Source: Klebsiella phage KpLz-2_45. Taken from it: a DNA stretch of 64,000 bases. Location of the stretch: the sequence record MN871446.1; one strand, given 5' to 3'. Position 1 is the stretch's first letter; every line of letters begins with the position of its first letter. Of this stretch, positions 17,466-28,176 are shown piece by piece. The translations under genes and the position numbers were made by a program. The notes beneath the pieces were generated by a model. The model saw nothing but the letters and a program-made list of their open reading frames with translations, ran no database searches and was not told the origin of the DNA.

Positions 17466-19658
17466 TTACCTATAGAAATTCGTCCCCATGTATTTTTGGA
17501 AGTCAGCGTGACGATTAGCGTTCATCTCCTCGATCTTACCTGCCACGTTAATCGGCTCTGCACCCGCCTCTTGTAAACACTCGTTAAGGTAATTGAGACG
17601 TCGTTCAAGCTTCATACTGATAATTGGATTATCGGCATTTTCGATGGCTGACAATGTCTTTTCAATTTCACGGTGGAGGAAATCAATCTCTTCCTGCTGC
17701 TCGTCAATTTCCTGCGCATTCCCTGCCAACGCATCTACTGCCCCCGTCAATACCCTTCTGGAATCTAACCCGTAATAGTCTAAGTTCGACCCGTACAATA
17801 ACAGATAGACGGTCAGAAGGTAGGCGATAACGGTATCGTCATGTCCACCCGGTGGATGGTCAATTCTTCCGTTCTTCTCGACCAACCCGGTCAATTCCGC
17901 AATGAGAATTTTATCATGAAGTCGTGTAGCCCCTTTCTGCATGGCGATCTTCAAAACGGTTTCGTAAAGCTGACGTCGGGTGGTGGTTCCCGTGCAGAAA
18001 CCAAACTTCGTTTTACGACGAATATAGAATGCGTCATCACGACGGTTCATGTCACCCTGCAGCTCAAGGAACGCCGCGGTGTCCACTGACTTATTATCGA
18101 CAATTAAGTTAAAGATTCGTTTGAACGGATCAATTCCCTTGCTGTGCAATATCAGACAGAGGTAATCAATAAACGTTTGTCCGGTGGATTTACGTTCTGG
18201 GATGAAGACAGCCTTAGGATAAGAAATTAACAGATCACCTAAGAACTCAGCGTATTTAGGAATCAGTGCTTCGTTGATTACTGAAATCCCGATAACGTCC
18301 GCAGTATAAGGATCAAGGAACACCAACGACAGCGCATCTCGTCCACCGCCTTCTGAGGTATCGGCCCCAATGACAAAGGTCATTGTCTTACGATTTGCAT
18401 CCAGATATTCTTTGGAGACATACCAGTGGACAATGTAACCGTTCCTGAAGATTTCGGAATAATCGGAATAACGCTGTGAGGCAATGGCTTTCGCTAACAA
18501 CTCTTTATCAATTGGGTTGTTCGTCCCTGCTGCGGTCCAGATGTTAAAGAAGTCACGGTCTGCTTCTGGACCACGTGCCATAGCACGACGCATGTTCTCG
18601 TAATGCTGTTCGTCAGAGACCCCAACCTGGTTGTGACTCCACGTTCCGTTGATTAAGAGTTTCGCATCAGAGGATTTCAGATTGCGCTGAACGATCTCAC
18701 GAAGTTCTTCTTGACTCCCTGCGTCGTAAAAGTGCTCAGACCACCGAGCAGCTTCGTTCCACATTTTGAAAACAAAGCGACCATCACGAGACGTTTGGTC
18801 ACCCGCGGTAGTGGTCATGATACTGCCCCAGGGCATGTTTCTCGCTTTCGCTTTTTGAATCGCGGCGTTCATACCGGGCATTGCTGCTTTAAACGCAATT
18901 TCGATATAGTTGATGAAGGGGGTTTCATCCCAGCCTACCGTAGGCGAGGTGTTACCACGGCCAACTTTATTCGCACCACCTGGGTCAGAACGAGATACTG
19001 CTACCGCAAACAAGTTACCACGGGTGTTATAGGTCACCTTCTCGTTAGCAATCGTGTCTGAACGGTCTGTTACTGTCAGATAAGGTGGTAAGTATTCACG
19101 GATACGACGTATCATCGTGGTTGTTTCAGAACGTAATTCGTCTGATTTGGTCACGAGTGAGATACGGGCCTTTGTATATCGCATATACAGCAGCCAGGAG
19201 TAAAGACAATAAGAGATAAGTGACTTACCAGTCTGACGGGGTTGTATCAACAGGTAATCGATATGGTTCATGTACGACCAGATCAAAGACATGTTCGCGC
19301 GGTTTGCTCTTAAAAGATCACCTTCTTCACCGACAACCGGCGGAACGCGAAGACACTCTCTGAGATAATACCAGATGTTATATTCCGCTTCGATCTTAAT
19401 TGCGATCATCTGTTCTTCAGTCAGATCGGGACTGAAAGGATCGACACCGACAAGGTCCGGGTTTAAAAGTGCAATCGGCCAGTGGTGGTTTTTAATTCCC
19501 ATGTTTTGTAAGACACCGACAAAACGTAGGAATTCTTTGTTTGGTGTATCCCAATCCGGGATAGCAGAGGGATGATAATCCCAATCGCTAAGGTGGAGAA
19601 TAGGACGCGAATCATTCTCTAGAATAATGGAGGAGGTCATAGAGTTTCCCTCTGACAA
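17466..19658 (-). CDS. terminase large subunit
   Basis: 730 aa. Walker-A-like LIQPRQTGKSL in the N-terminal ATPase half. Nuclease-half acidic motifs VIGADTSEGGGRDALSLVFLD and GRIDHPPGGHDDTVIAYLL match the terminase RNase-H-like nuclease pattern. Confidence 0.75.
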   Translation of the reverse strand: MSEGNSMTSSIILENDSRPILHLSDWDYHPSAIPDWDTPNKEFLRFVGVLQNMGIKNHHWPIALLNPDLVGVDPFSPDLTEEQMIAIKIEAEYNIWYYLRECLRVPPVVGEEGDLLRANRANMSLIWSYMNHIDYLLIQPRQTGKSLISYCLYSWLLYMRYTKARISLVTKSDELRSETTTMIRRIREYLPPYLTVTDRSDTIANEKVTYNTRGNLFAVAVSRSDPGGANKVGRGNTSPTVGWDETPFINYIEIAFKAAMPGMNAAIQKAKARNMPWGSIMTTTAGDQTSRDGRFVFKMWNEAARWSEHFYDAGSQEELREIVQRNLKSSDAKLLINGTWSHNQVGVSDEQHYENMRRAMARGPEADRDFFNIWTAAGTNNPIDKELLAKAIASQRYSDYSEIFRNGYIVHWYVSKEYLDANRKTMTFVIGADTSEGGGRDALSLVFLDPYTADVIGISVINEALIPKYAEFLGDLLISYPKAVFIPERKSTGQTFIDYLCLILHSKGIDPFKRIFNLIVDNKSVDTAAFLELQGDMNRRDDAFYIRRKTKFGFCTGTTTRRQLYETVLKIAMQKGATRLHDKILIAELTGLVEKNGRIDHPPGGHDDTVIAYLLTVYLLLYGSNLDYYGLDSRRVLTGAVDALAGNAQEIDEQQEEIDFLHREIEKTLSAIENADNPIISMKLERRLNYLNECLQEAGAEPINVAGKIEEMNANRHADFQKYMGTNFYR

Positions 19659-19687
19659 CGAAAAGACAATATCATAGGGAATATAGC

Positions 19688-19717
19688 GGTACAGGAGGCC
19701 ATTAAGCCTCCTGTACC
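19688..19717 (-). terminator. hairpin (weak terminator or RNA-processing site) between a structural gene and the terminase
   Basis: 12-bp stem GGTACAGGAGGC/GCCTCCTGTACC with a 6-nt loop. No strong U-tract on the minus strand. Confidence 0.4.
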
Positions 19718-19731
19718 AAGGGTTTGTACTT

Positions 19732-21441
19732 TTAACTCAGTGTTTGACGTATGATCAAACCGGAAGACGCGAGTTGTAAATCCACCCCGTTCACTGAACG
19801 TACCCAATGAACGAGCGCCAATTCACCTACGTGCCCACCAGTTGCAATGGTAAACGTCGTGTTCCAGGCAGAGATCGGTTGTCTGACTCGAATGTTATCC
19901 ACCTGAAGAATGAAGTGCGTCGGCATCGGCGCTTCCGTTTCTGTCTCAGTGTCAAACAACGGGTGAAGACGGTAGTATAACCGATCCAACCATTCGTTCT
20001 GTGTCTGGGCTCCCATGGTAAGGTCAGTCGACCAAACCTGAGACGAAATGTATTTCAGACGACATTCTAACGATCCGCCGTAGTCTTCGTCACCCAGTTC
20101 GTAGTTGACGTACCACGGACTATCAACGCCCGATTCACCATTGGCCATCAGGGTGATGTCGTTGCTCTGTACATGTCGATAGGAGCCAAACGAAGCAGAG
20201 ACTTTGGAAATATCAAGCGCAAAGATCATGTGCTGTTTGGTGTTGTAAAGCGTAGGGTCCCAAACCGCCGAACCCGGCGACGCTTCGATGATATCGGTCA
20301 CTTCGTACATCGCCAGACGATCGAGCGAATACATAAAGTGACGGAGCTTAAACCCGTTACCGTTCCGCTGCCATTCCGGGAACATGAAGAGCTTAACCGC
20401 ATAGGCATTCGGTAAAGTTACAGTTTCGATCGTATAGGGAACCGTGATCGTTCCAGAAGCTGTCGTTGTCCCTTTAAAGCTCTCTGTCGTGTCGAGCTGA
20501 TAGAAAAGCGTCAGTGGGCTGTTTTGACCCGATTGCGTCGGGATAAACTCCGCTAAACCAGACAGGTAGATCTTACTGCCGTCCACCGGTTTAATGACCG
20601 AGCTGCCATCAGTGTACGTTACCTTCGCGCTGACATCGATGGAGGTCATCAGAAGATTGACCGGAACATTCAGGCGGTTAGGGTCGGTTGCCGACAGGTA
20701 ACTGCTGACCAAGGCGACCGAGTCAATAGAACGTTTCGCTGAATTCGATTGACGAATAATACCAGAGTCAACAACGGTCATTGTGAAACGGGACGTCGGC
20801 AACCCCGCAGCGTCGTAGAACACCACCAGGACTGTCTCACCGTTGGTGATTTTACGCGTAGCGTTGGCAGTCACGGGAATACGGTAATTACCGGTTCCAT
20901 CCCCTTCGATTGTCATCAGAGGGATTTTATCGCTTTCGAGTTCACCGGACTGATTGTAATACGCTGAAAGCACTTCGAGGTTACCAGTACTGGACATGTT
21001 AGAGAAAACTCGCACGTAAGTCGCAGTAGGTTGATAGGCTCTCATTAAACTGTCGAATGCCATCTCCGGTGGTGAAACGGTATTGTCGACATAAACGAAA
21101 TAGCCAGGTTGCGGGTAACGGCTACCGACTCCCAGCAGAATATCGATGGAGTTATCAATCGTAGTAGGAACGTTGTACGCAATCCACTTAGAAAGTAATG
21201 TTGAGGTATCGACTTCGGTAACAATATAGAGACCTGAAGTTTTGTCGAAGATACGGTTACCAACATTCGGCACAAACCGGCCTTTGTTACCGCTACCAAT
21301 CCCTGCTGGTCCGACATAGATCTCGGACATGTCCCATTCTTTCCATAATCCATTCGGGTTCCAAATGGGGACGTCAGACGGCGTACTGTCCGTTAACGCT
21401 AATGCGTAACGCACCCCACTACTCGTGGTCGATGTGGTCAT
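19732..21441 (-). CDS. hypothetical protein, probable virion or structural protein
   Basis: 569-aa ORF. Abuts the upstream 852-aa gene (stop 21443, start 21441) in a packed operon with the terminase. Confidence 0.55.
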   Translation of the reverse strand: MTTSTTSSGVRYALALTDSTPSDVPIWNPNGLWKEWDMSEIYVGPAGIGSGNKGRFVPNVGNRIFDKTSGLYIVTEVDTSTLLSKWIAYNVPTTIDNSIDILLGVGSRYPQPGYFVYVDNTVSPPEMAFDSLMRAYQPTATYVRVFSNMSSTGNLEVLSAYYNQSGELESDKIPLMTIEGDGTGNYRIPVTANATRKITNGETVLVVFYDAAGLPTSRFTMTVVDSGIIRQSNSAKRSIDSVALVSSYLSATDPNRLNVPVNLLMTSIDVSAKVTYTDGSSVIKPVDGSKIYLSGLAEFIPTQSGQNSPLTLFYQLDTTESFKGTTTASGTITVPYTIETVTLPNAYAVKLFMFPEWQRNGNGFKLRHFMYSLDRLAMYEVTDIIEASPGSAVWDPTLYNTKQHMIFALDISKVSASFGSYRHVQSNDITLMANGESGVDSPWYVNYELGDEDYGGSLECRLKYISSQVWSTDLTMGAQTQNEWLDRLYYRLHPLFDTETETEAPMPTHFILQVDNIRVRQPISAWNTTFTIATGGHVGELALVHWVRSVNGVDLQLASSGLIIRQTLS

Positions 21442-21442
21442 T

Positions 21443-24001
21443 TCAGGATTCCTTTATAAAGAAATAATTATTAAGCGACAGACGATTATTCAGGTAATAC
21501 TGATTGACGTTCTGAAGGAACTTCCAGCGCTTTGTGGTTACCGCGACGGCGGAGCTAAACGGATGTGCGTCAATGAAAATGTAGTTTGTATTCCAGACGC
21601 TTCGGCACGGGTCAATATCGAGGTACTCGCTGTAGTTCTTCATGACACGGTCAAGCGAGACTTTGTCATTAACGTTCAGCGGCTCAGTGATGGTTCCGTT
21701 ATCAAGATCGAAGATCAGTCGTGTGATCACCACCGAGAACATCCGATAACGTTCGCTGATTGGGTTAGGGCCGGTTAAGACCTTCTCCGGGTACTTCAAC
21801 GTCATGTAGTCACTGACACGTTTATCGCTCTCGGCGCCCATCTGAATCAACTCAGCGTTCGCATTCGTCGATATCCCGTACAGCGGAACGAAAACCGTCT
21901 CTTCGCAGTAAGGTAAGCCGTTAGGGAGCAACGGGATTTGTTTTTCGTCAGCGTCTTCAATAAACGGTACTGTTGAAGGGTCAACCACTTTCCCGTCAAT
22001 AATCGTACGTATAACCTTGTCGTCACGAATATCAAACGTACCGTTCACACTGACATAACCGTGATCCACGAATCCGATATTCAGCGGTCTTTTGTACTTC
22101 GCGCTTGGCGTTTCCCAACCTAAACAGGCAAAGGTAAAGTTTTGACTGTTACCTAACGTTTCATCGTAGTAACGATTGGTGATGACCGTTCCTTTATTTC
22201 CGTCCAGGATATAGTCGAGCCCTTCAATCAACGGATGGCCATTCATCCACACGCGCAGTTGTTGTGGCCGAATAGGAAGAATCGTCCCGAGCGTCTTACC
22301 GTAGGTCAGTGTAAAGCGGAAGATCCCGTCCGAACTCCCTACAACCTGATCGTATACAAGCGCCTCAGAGCTACTGAGGATCAGGCCCATGTTTCTGGCC
22401 TTGACGTGAATCCACGTGACGACATTATTTAAGACCGTGTAATCCGTCCCTTCTACGGCAGGTACCCAGACGTCGGAGACAACTCCTTTGTTGATCGCCG
22501 CTTTAAAGAAGTAGTATTGGTACTTATCGTCCAGCGTGTAGTTGTTGTTACTGGGCGCCCAGGTAATGGCTTTCTTACCCCACCCCATGAACCCCTCTAC
22601 CAGCGCAGCCCGCTCATTCTTCACGAAGTAGCGTTCCGAGTAACCGTGCTGATTCCAGCCCAACAACACCCCGTCTTCGTCGTACTCAAAGAGCGTAGAA
22701 CAGAGCGAGAGTCCAAAGGGTAGATCGACAAAACCGCCGTTCGAGGAAGGTGTCACCTTCGTTGGGTTTAACGCAAAGAGTTTTGCTAATGCGTTGTAGC
22801 CGTAAGCGTTGATGACATCCGTCGCTGTAAACGAGCCCCAGAAGTTTCGCATGATCGCCGTATAAAGAGAGTTTTCCAGGTTCTCTACACGCCACTCAGC
22901 CAACGTGGAATCGAGTCCAATCATTGCTCTGAGAATGTCAGTGTCGCTTAAACGGTAAAGTGTTTCAATCCGATTCACCTCGTCGATGAGAGGGCGTTTA
23001 AAACCGGACTCACGAAGATGAAGACGAATATAAAGGTTGTCGTACGTTGTCCAGCCATCATTCAGATAAGCCGAAACATAACCCGTCGGAATACTGTAAT
23101 CAGCATGAGTTACGTTACGCAGACTGTTCTCTTTATTGCGGTGATAATAGCGACCTGAAACCGAATCATTCGCGCCGACTTTGTACATGAACAAATCGAT
23201 ATCGTCGACGTAATAGATTTCGTTATCGTGCGTATTTTTACTCGGGTGCAGCAGATACTTCTTCAGGTTGTCTAACGTCGACGTATAGTCGTACAGCGAC
23301 GAGACTTTGAAGTCCACTACGTGACTCACCGCGGCGTCGTAAACTGCCTCAACCAGGTCACCAATGGAAATATCAGTCGATTTGATTTCCGGCTTCCACA
23401 CGCCATTATGGTAAATATTGGTTACACCGGTTAAGGTTTGCAGCGGCCGCAACCCATTAATAAACGCAGCGATATCAGTTTGCTTAGTAATCTCTCTGCC
23501 GATATAAGCCACTTTCTGACCGATGTTATTACTTCGCTCTGAACGGAAAAAGGCGTTGTTGTAAATTCTGAGATACGCTTTCTTTTCACTTAACTCGCCA
23601 AAGATAGCGTGCTCTTTAATCGCAATGATCAAATTGTCGTCGTAGGTACGAAGAACGTAACTGCTAAAGAGCGGGAGTTTAACGCCCGTTTCCAGATAGA
23701 GGTCAATGATCAGCGCAGTCGCTTCGCTGTAAGGTCCCAGCGCCATCCATTTTCCGCGAACGTCAGGGAGACCTGTACGCCAACGACTGTTTGCCCCGAT
23801 CTGATAAAGATGATAAACGTCGCCTTCGGTAGGTAATGGGGTATCAACCCAGAGAATGGTACTGGAAACTTTCGCACCACTGTCTCGACTGATTCGCGTC
23901 AGATCGAGAATGACCTGACGATCCTGAATAGGTGCACACCACAAATTCGTGCGTGCATGATCGAGAAGGAAACTTTCGGTTACGGAATTCATTACACGCA
24001 C
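21443..24001 (-). CDS. large hypothetical protein (852 aa), probable virion or structural protein
   Basis: Long uninterrupted ORF in an operon with 24010..24948 and 19732..21441. No catalytic motifs seen. Confidence 0.6.
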   Translation of the reverse strand: MRVMNSVTESFLLDHARTNLWCAPIQDRQVILDLTRISRDSGAKVSSTILWVDTPLPTEGDVYHLYQIGANSRWRTGLPDVRGKWMALGPYSEATALIIDLYLETGVKLPLFSSYVLRTYDDNLIIAIKEHAIFGELSEKKAYLRIYNNAFFRSERSNNIGQKVAYIGREITKQTDIAAFINGLRPLQTLTGVTNIYHNGVWKPEIKSTDISIGDLVEAVYDAAVSHVVDFKVSSLYDYTSTLDNLKKYLLHPSKNTHDNEIYYVDDIDLFMYKVGANDSVSGRYYHRNKENSLRNVTHADYSIPTGYVSAYLNDGWTTYDNLYIRLHLRESGFKRPLIDEVNRIETLYRLSDTDILRAMIGLDSTLAEWRVENLENSLYTAIMRNFWGSFTATDVINAYGYNALAKLFALNPTKVTPSSNGGFVDLPFGLSLCSTLFEYDEDGVLLGWNQHGYSERYFVKNERAALVEGFMGWGKKAITWAPSNNNYTLDDKYQYYFFKAAINKGVVSDVWVPAVEGTDYTVLNNVVTWIHVKARNMGLILSSSEALVYDQVVGSSDGIFRFTLTYGKTLGTILPIRPQQLRVWMNGHPLIEGLDYILDGNKGTVITNRYYDETLGNSQNFTFACLGWETPSAKYKRPLNIGFVDHGYVSVNGTFDIRDDKVIRTIIDGKVVDPSTVPFIEDADEKQIPLLPNGLPYCEETVFVPLYGISTNANAELIQMGAESDKRVSDYMTLKYPEKVLTGPNPISERYRMFSVVITRLIFDLDNGTITEPLNVNDKVSLDRVMKNYSEYLDIDPCRSVWNTNYIFIDAHPFSSAVAVTTKRWKFLQNVNQYYLNNRLSLNNYFFIKES

Positions 24002-24009
24002 CTTCTACT

Positions 24010-24948
24010 TTAATAAGTTTTCTCGTGATGATTCGCCGTCAATGCGATCAGGTCGTTAACACGAGCAACGAAATCGTCGGTTTTCAGATTACGACCTTCA
24101 CGGTCAATCAACTGCGTTAACCATGCTTTACGGTATTGCTTTTCACCTGCACACGCTGAATAAATCATGGCAATAAACATCGGTGGGTATTCGAGCGCCA
24201 CGGCCAATTGCTCACGGACTTCTGAACTACCAAACCAGCTAGTTGATGTCAACGTCCAGAGAATGCGTTTGTCAATTCGTTTCAGTGATAAGCTCTCACC
24301 GAATTCAGCTAACGCTTTGCAATAGTCATCGAGGTTCGCCATGTAGCCAACCGGACGCAACCACAGATCCAGTTTCTGGTAAGGGATATTCAGGATGCGA
24401 CTGATCTTCACGCAGAAGACCTCGTGACGACGATCGTTAAAGTCTTTCGCATCGCAGTGTAAGCAGTAGTAATAATAAGCAGTGATTGCTTTGAGTTTCT
24501 CTGCAACCAGCTCATTCAGGTTCAGTTTGTTTTTGAGCAGCCCAGTTAACCACTTAGCAAAGATTGCCAACGGGACATCGACGTTGAAATAGAACGCATC
24601 GATATTCCCTTCCGACCAAGCCATCTCCAGAACAGCACGGCGGAAAATGATCCCGACAGAACCTTCATTAACAAAGTCTGTGGTACCGTCTGCATTTAAT
24701 TTTAACGTCCCGCGGTAAGGGCGAAGATCAATATATGTATACGGTATACTTTGAACTTCTTGAGAAAGGGGATGACGAAAGACAGGGATGGCTTCCAATT
24801 CTGGGGTTTTCTCCAGTACCGCGAACAGCCCTTTAAAGTGGTTAATTGGGGTTAATGCACCTTCTGCGTTCGCCACCAACATCTTCCCGGGTAGACTCGC
24901 AGGAAAAATAGAACTGCCGGCTGAGGTGTCAAAACTGTGTTTAAACAT
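24010..24948 (-). CDS. hypothetical protein
   Basis: 312-aa ORF, first gene of the leftward operon. Confidence 0.55.
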   Translation of the reverse strand: MFKHSFDTSAGSSIFPASLPGKMLVANAEGALTPINHFKGLFAVLEKTPELEAIPVFRHPLSQEVQSIPYTYIDLRPYRGTLKLNADGTTDFVNEGSVGIIFRRAVLEMAWSEGNIDAFYFNVDVPLAIFAKWLTGLLKNKLNLNELVAEKLKAITAYYYYCLHCDAKDFNDRRHEVFCVKISRILNIPYQKLDLWLRPVGYMANLDDYCKALAEFGESLSLKRIDKRILWTLTSTSWFGSSEVREQLAVALEYPPMFIAMIYSACAGEKQYRKAWLTQLIDREGRNLKTDDFVARVNDLIALTANHHEKTY

Positions 24949-25111
24949 TGCTTAATTCTCCGATAATGACCGTGACCTATAGAATGTTAATATGACGACG
25001 TTTCCGTATTACCGGTAAACTATGGTTTAAAAACCACCCAAGCTTGGATTTAGCGTCATCAAGTAGCTACATAATTTATGCGGTACCCACTCTTTTTAAG
25101 AGGCAAAAGAC

Positions 25112-27181
25112 ATGTCAGAACAAATTACGGGATCAACACCCAGAATTTATTACCGCGGTACGAAGGATATTTCGTTCACCCGTTCTACGGGTTCAACGAC
25201 GACCCTGGCTCTTCATCGACCGCTCATCATGTTCTTCGGCCAGAAAGGTCCAACTGTCCCTACCTGGATCGATCCGGTAAAATTCGAAGACATTTACGGT
25301 AGCGAAACTACCAACCTTTCCGGCGTTTATGCGACCCACAGTACTCCTTTTATTAAGGAAGCGATTGCAGCGGGTAACCAGTTCCTGGCCTTGCGTCTGG
25401 AACCGGCAGATATCCCTGACGTCGCCACGCTGGGTCTCTCCGTCGATTGGGTAAAAACCAAAATCGACGACTATGAGCGTAACGACGACGGAACTTATAA
25501 AACCGATACCAACGGTGACAAAATTCCGCTGGCCACGCAAGTAGACGGGATCAAGTTCCGCTTTGTTCTCTCTAAAATCGAGACGGACGAGTCGGGCGTT
25601 TCCCAGTACAAAAAACGTACCGCTTCTGCGGGGACAATCGGTACCGCTGAGAACCCGTCAACGATCACGCCACTGGCCGATTTCCGTTGCCGTTATAAAT
25701 CGTCTCTCGGCGCGAATACAGCGATCCGTATTTGGGCACCGACTGTCAATTCGACTCAGGCCGCTGATGCCGATCTGCAAGAACGTATCAAATCGTTCCT
25801 GTACCGCTTCCAGCTCCTGACCCGTACCGATAAAAACAGTTCACCAACTATTTTTGAGACGATCTATAATGAAGCGTCTCTGTCGGTCGGTTTCGGTGAG
25901 AACTTAGTCGATCCGCAGACCGAAGTGGTTTACGATTTCGCGGAACGTATCGAAAGTCGTTACAACGACGAAGATCCATCGACTTACCTGATGTCGCCGA
26001 TCGATGCGCCGTACCTGTATCAGTCCAACATTGATACCGTCCTGAAAGCAGTACAGTCGGTGGAATCCACCTTCGGTACGGTTTCTGACGATGAAGCGGA
26101 TCTCTACACAATTAACCTGTTCGGCGCGCAGACGGTAGAGGGTGTACCGTATCACGCTGTTCAGATTATGGGCGTACTGGATGGCGGCGTCACGCTGACA
26201 GAAACCTCCACCAACTACCTGCAAGGCGGTGGTGACGGTACGCTGGGTAACGCCAGTTTCAACGCTGCCGCTAACCTGGTGCTGTCCAACATGTCCAGCG
26301 GCGCATCTTTCAATATCGGTAACTACGCGCGTTATCCGTTCAATGCGTTCTGGGACTCCGGTTTCGACCTGAAGACCAAACAACTGATTCCGCAACTGAT
26401 CGGTCTGCGTGCAGACACCTGGATCGCCCTGTCGACTCAGGACATCAGTCTCGACTTCAACAGCAATGAAGAAGAAGAATCGATCGCGCTGTCCCTGATG
26501 TCTCGCGTAAACGCTTTCCCGGACTCTTCTGATTTCGGTACCCCGGCGTTCCGTGGTATGATCGTAGGTGGTGCAGGTTATTACACGGAAACTACGCGTA
26601 AGCTGGCGGTCCCGCTGACCCTCGACCGTTTCCGTGCTTACTGCCAGTATGCCGGCGCTTCTGACGGTGTGCTCAAACCGGAATACGCGGTGGATGAAGG
26701 TGAGAACCGGAAAGTCCAGGTGGTTAAAAATATTAACAACCTCGACAAATCCTGGCGCGTTCGTCGTGCACAGTGGAACAACAACCTGGTTTACGTAGAA
26801 GACTACGATACCGGTTCGCAGTTCTACCCGGGCCAGCAGTCGTTCTACAGCGAACAAGGTTCCGTACTGAAGGCGGCTATCGTGGGTCTGTGCGTGGCTA
26901 ACCTGAACCGCTTCGCTTTCGAAGCGTGGCGTGACCTGAGCGGTACTCAGAAACTCACCGACGATCAGTTGATTGAGCGCTCTGACGAAATCGTGAGCAC
27001 CCGCGGTGCCGGTGCCTTCGATAACCGCCTGATCTTCACGCCGCATTCTGAGATTACCCAGGCCGATAAAGAACGTGGTTATTCTTGGTCTATGCGCATT
27101 GACTTCGGTGCTAACGCGTTCCGTACCGTAATGGATATGTCTTCTGTCGCATACACCAGAGAGGAATTAGCAAATGGCTAA
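25112..27181 (+). CDS. putative tail sheath protein
   Basis: 689 aa with SD AAGAGG 9 nt upstream. Codon usage is strikingly GC3-rich compared with surrounding genes, as expected for a very highly expressed late gene. My recollection is that the phiKZ-type sheath is about 695 aa. It is immediately followed by a 291-aa gene in the same expression class. The assignment rests on context, not sequence, and a major capsid protein is an alternative. Confidence 0.5.
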   Translation: MSEQITGSTPRIYYRGTKDISFTRSTGSTTTLALHRPLIMFFGQKGPTVPTWIDPVKFEDIYGSETTNLSGVYATHSTPFIKEAIAAGNQFLALRLEPADIPDVATLGLSVDWVKTKIDDYERNDDGTYKTDTNGDKIPLATQVDGIKFRFVLSKIETDESGVSQYKKRTASAGTIGTAENPSTITPLADFRCRYKSSLGANTAIRIWAPTVNSTQAADADLQERIKSFLYRFQLLTRTDKNSSPTIFETIYNEASLSVGFGENLVDPQTEVVYDFAERIESRYNDEDPSTYLMSPIDAPYLYQSNIDTVLKAVQSVESTFGTVSDDEADLYTINLFGAQTVEGVPYHAVQIMGVLDGGVTLTETSTNYLQGGGDGTLGNASFNAAANLVLSNMSSGASFNIGNYARYPFNAFWDSGFDLKTKQLIPQLIGLRADTWIALSTQDISLDFNSNEEEESIALSLMSRVNAFPDSSDFGTPAFRGMIVGGAGYYTETTRKLAVPLTLDRFRAYCQYAGASDGVLKPEYAVDEGENRKVQVVKNINNLDKSWRVRRAQWNNNLVYVEDYDTGSQFYPGQQSFYSEQGSVLKAAIVGLCVANLNRFAFEAWRDLSGTQKLTDDQLIERSDEIVSTRGAGAFDNRLIFTPHSEITQADKERGYSWSMRIDFGANAFRTVMDMSSVAYTREELANG

Positions 27182-28049
27182 GAAAGATCCGAACACAGTC
27201 ATGAGTGCTAATAGTTCGTACGCTAACGGGGCCAATGGCCCCGTGACGAACTTGGAAATCCCAGCACCCTATGGCTATACCCCTGACTTCCGTTATTACC
27301 ACGCTGCGGCCGATTATACTCGTCGCCCGACCATCGCGTTTCTGATGGAGTTGCCTAACTGCTTCAAAGACACCGATGATCCGGAAAAATGGGGCGGTTC
27401 ACTGAAAGCGCTAATCGAGATGCACGCTCGTACGATCGACGGTATCGATTACACGCTGGAAGTAGAACACGTTGAAACCCCGTTCGGTGGCGGCGGCGAA
27501 ATGATGCAAACGCTGTCCAAGGTTCGTCGCGCTCGTTCTGTCCCGGTCTTTACCTGGGTAGAAAAAGTAGGGATGCCGGTTTCCCGTTACTGGAACAACT
27601 ACATCCTGTACTTCATGGGCGAACCGAACTCCAACGTCGCAGGGATTATTGGTAAAGGTGGTATTACCCCGGCTGCAACTTACCCGGATTACAACACCTT
27701 CTCCATCCTGTTTGTGGAACCGGATCCGACCGAACGTTACGCGTTGCGTTCTACGCTGATCACTAACATGCAACCGACCGGCCAAGGTCCAGAAATGCGC
27801 ATGTCAAAAGATCAGACCTCTTCACCGGAACAGCTCCAGGTATCCTTGACGATGACCGGTCTGCAGATGGTAGGTCGCGGCGTTGATAAACTCGGTCAGA
27901 TGATGCTGGACCGCGCGTCCCAGACGGGTATCGATCTTAACGCCCAACCTGCCTTCCTGAGCGATCGTGAAGCAGACGTGGCGGCAAGAGACGACGGGTA
28001 TATCGAACAATTAGTTTCGAGCCTGTCTAAACCTGGTGTGGCGATCTAA
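27174..28049 (+). CDS. putative tail tube protein
   Basis: 291 aa. Overlaps the sheath candidate by 8 nt, which suggests coupling. Same codon bias. Followed by the strongest terminator in the window. My recollection is that the phiKZ-type tube protein is about 290 aa. Confidence 0.45.
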   Translation: MAKKDPNTVMSANSSYANGANGPVTNLEIPAPYGYTPDFRYYHAAADYTRRPTIAFLMELPNCFKDTDDPEKWGGSLKALIEMHARTIDGIDYTLEVEHVETPFGGGGEMMQTLSKVRRARSVPVFTWVEKVGMPVSRYWNNYILYFMGEPNSNVAGIIGKGGITPAATYPDYNTFSILFVEPDPTERYALRSTLITNMQPTGQGPEMRMSKDQTSSPEQLQVSLTMTGLQMVGRGVDKLGQMMLDRASQTGIDLNAQPAFLSDREADVAARDDGYIEQLVSSLSKPGVAI

Positions 28050-28076
28050 GTTATCAACACCTTAGTAAATAGATTC

Positions 28077-28125
28077 CTCAAGGAACCTTCGGGTTCCTTG
28101 AGGTTTATTCTCTTAAGTTTTTTAT
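28077..28125 (+). terminator. strong intrinsic terminator
   Basis: 12-bp stem CCTCAAGGAACC/GGTTCCTTGAGG with TTCG tetraloop, followed by TTTATTCTCTTAAGTTTTTTA. Confidence 0.85.
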
Positions 28126-28176
28126 TTTACCGACCTGCAATAATCATCCTATGAAAGAATAGTTGAGAGGTGAATT

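Noticed and set aside
25904-27046. 380-aa minus-strand ORF (and its neighbours 25193-25540, 25848-26111) inside the sheath candidate
   Set aside because: It lies antisense within a strongly codon-biased GC3-rich gene. It is Arg/Val/Gly-rich low-complexity sequence with no start context. It is the expected artefact of reading a GC-rich coding region on the opposite strand.
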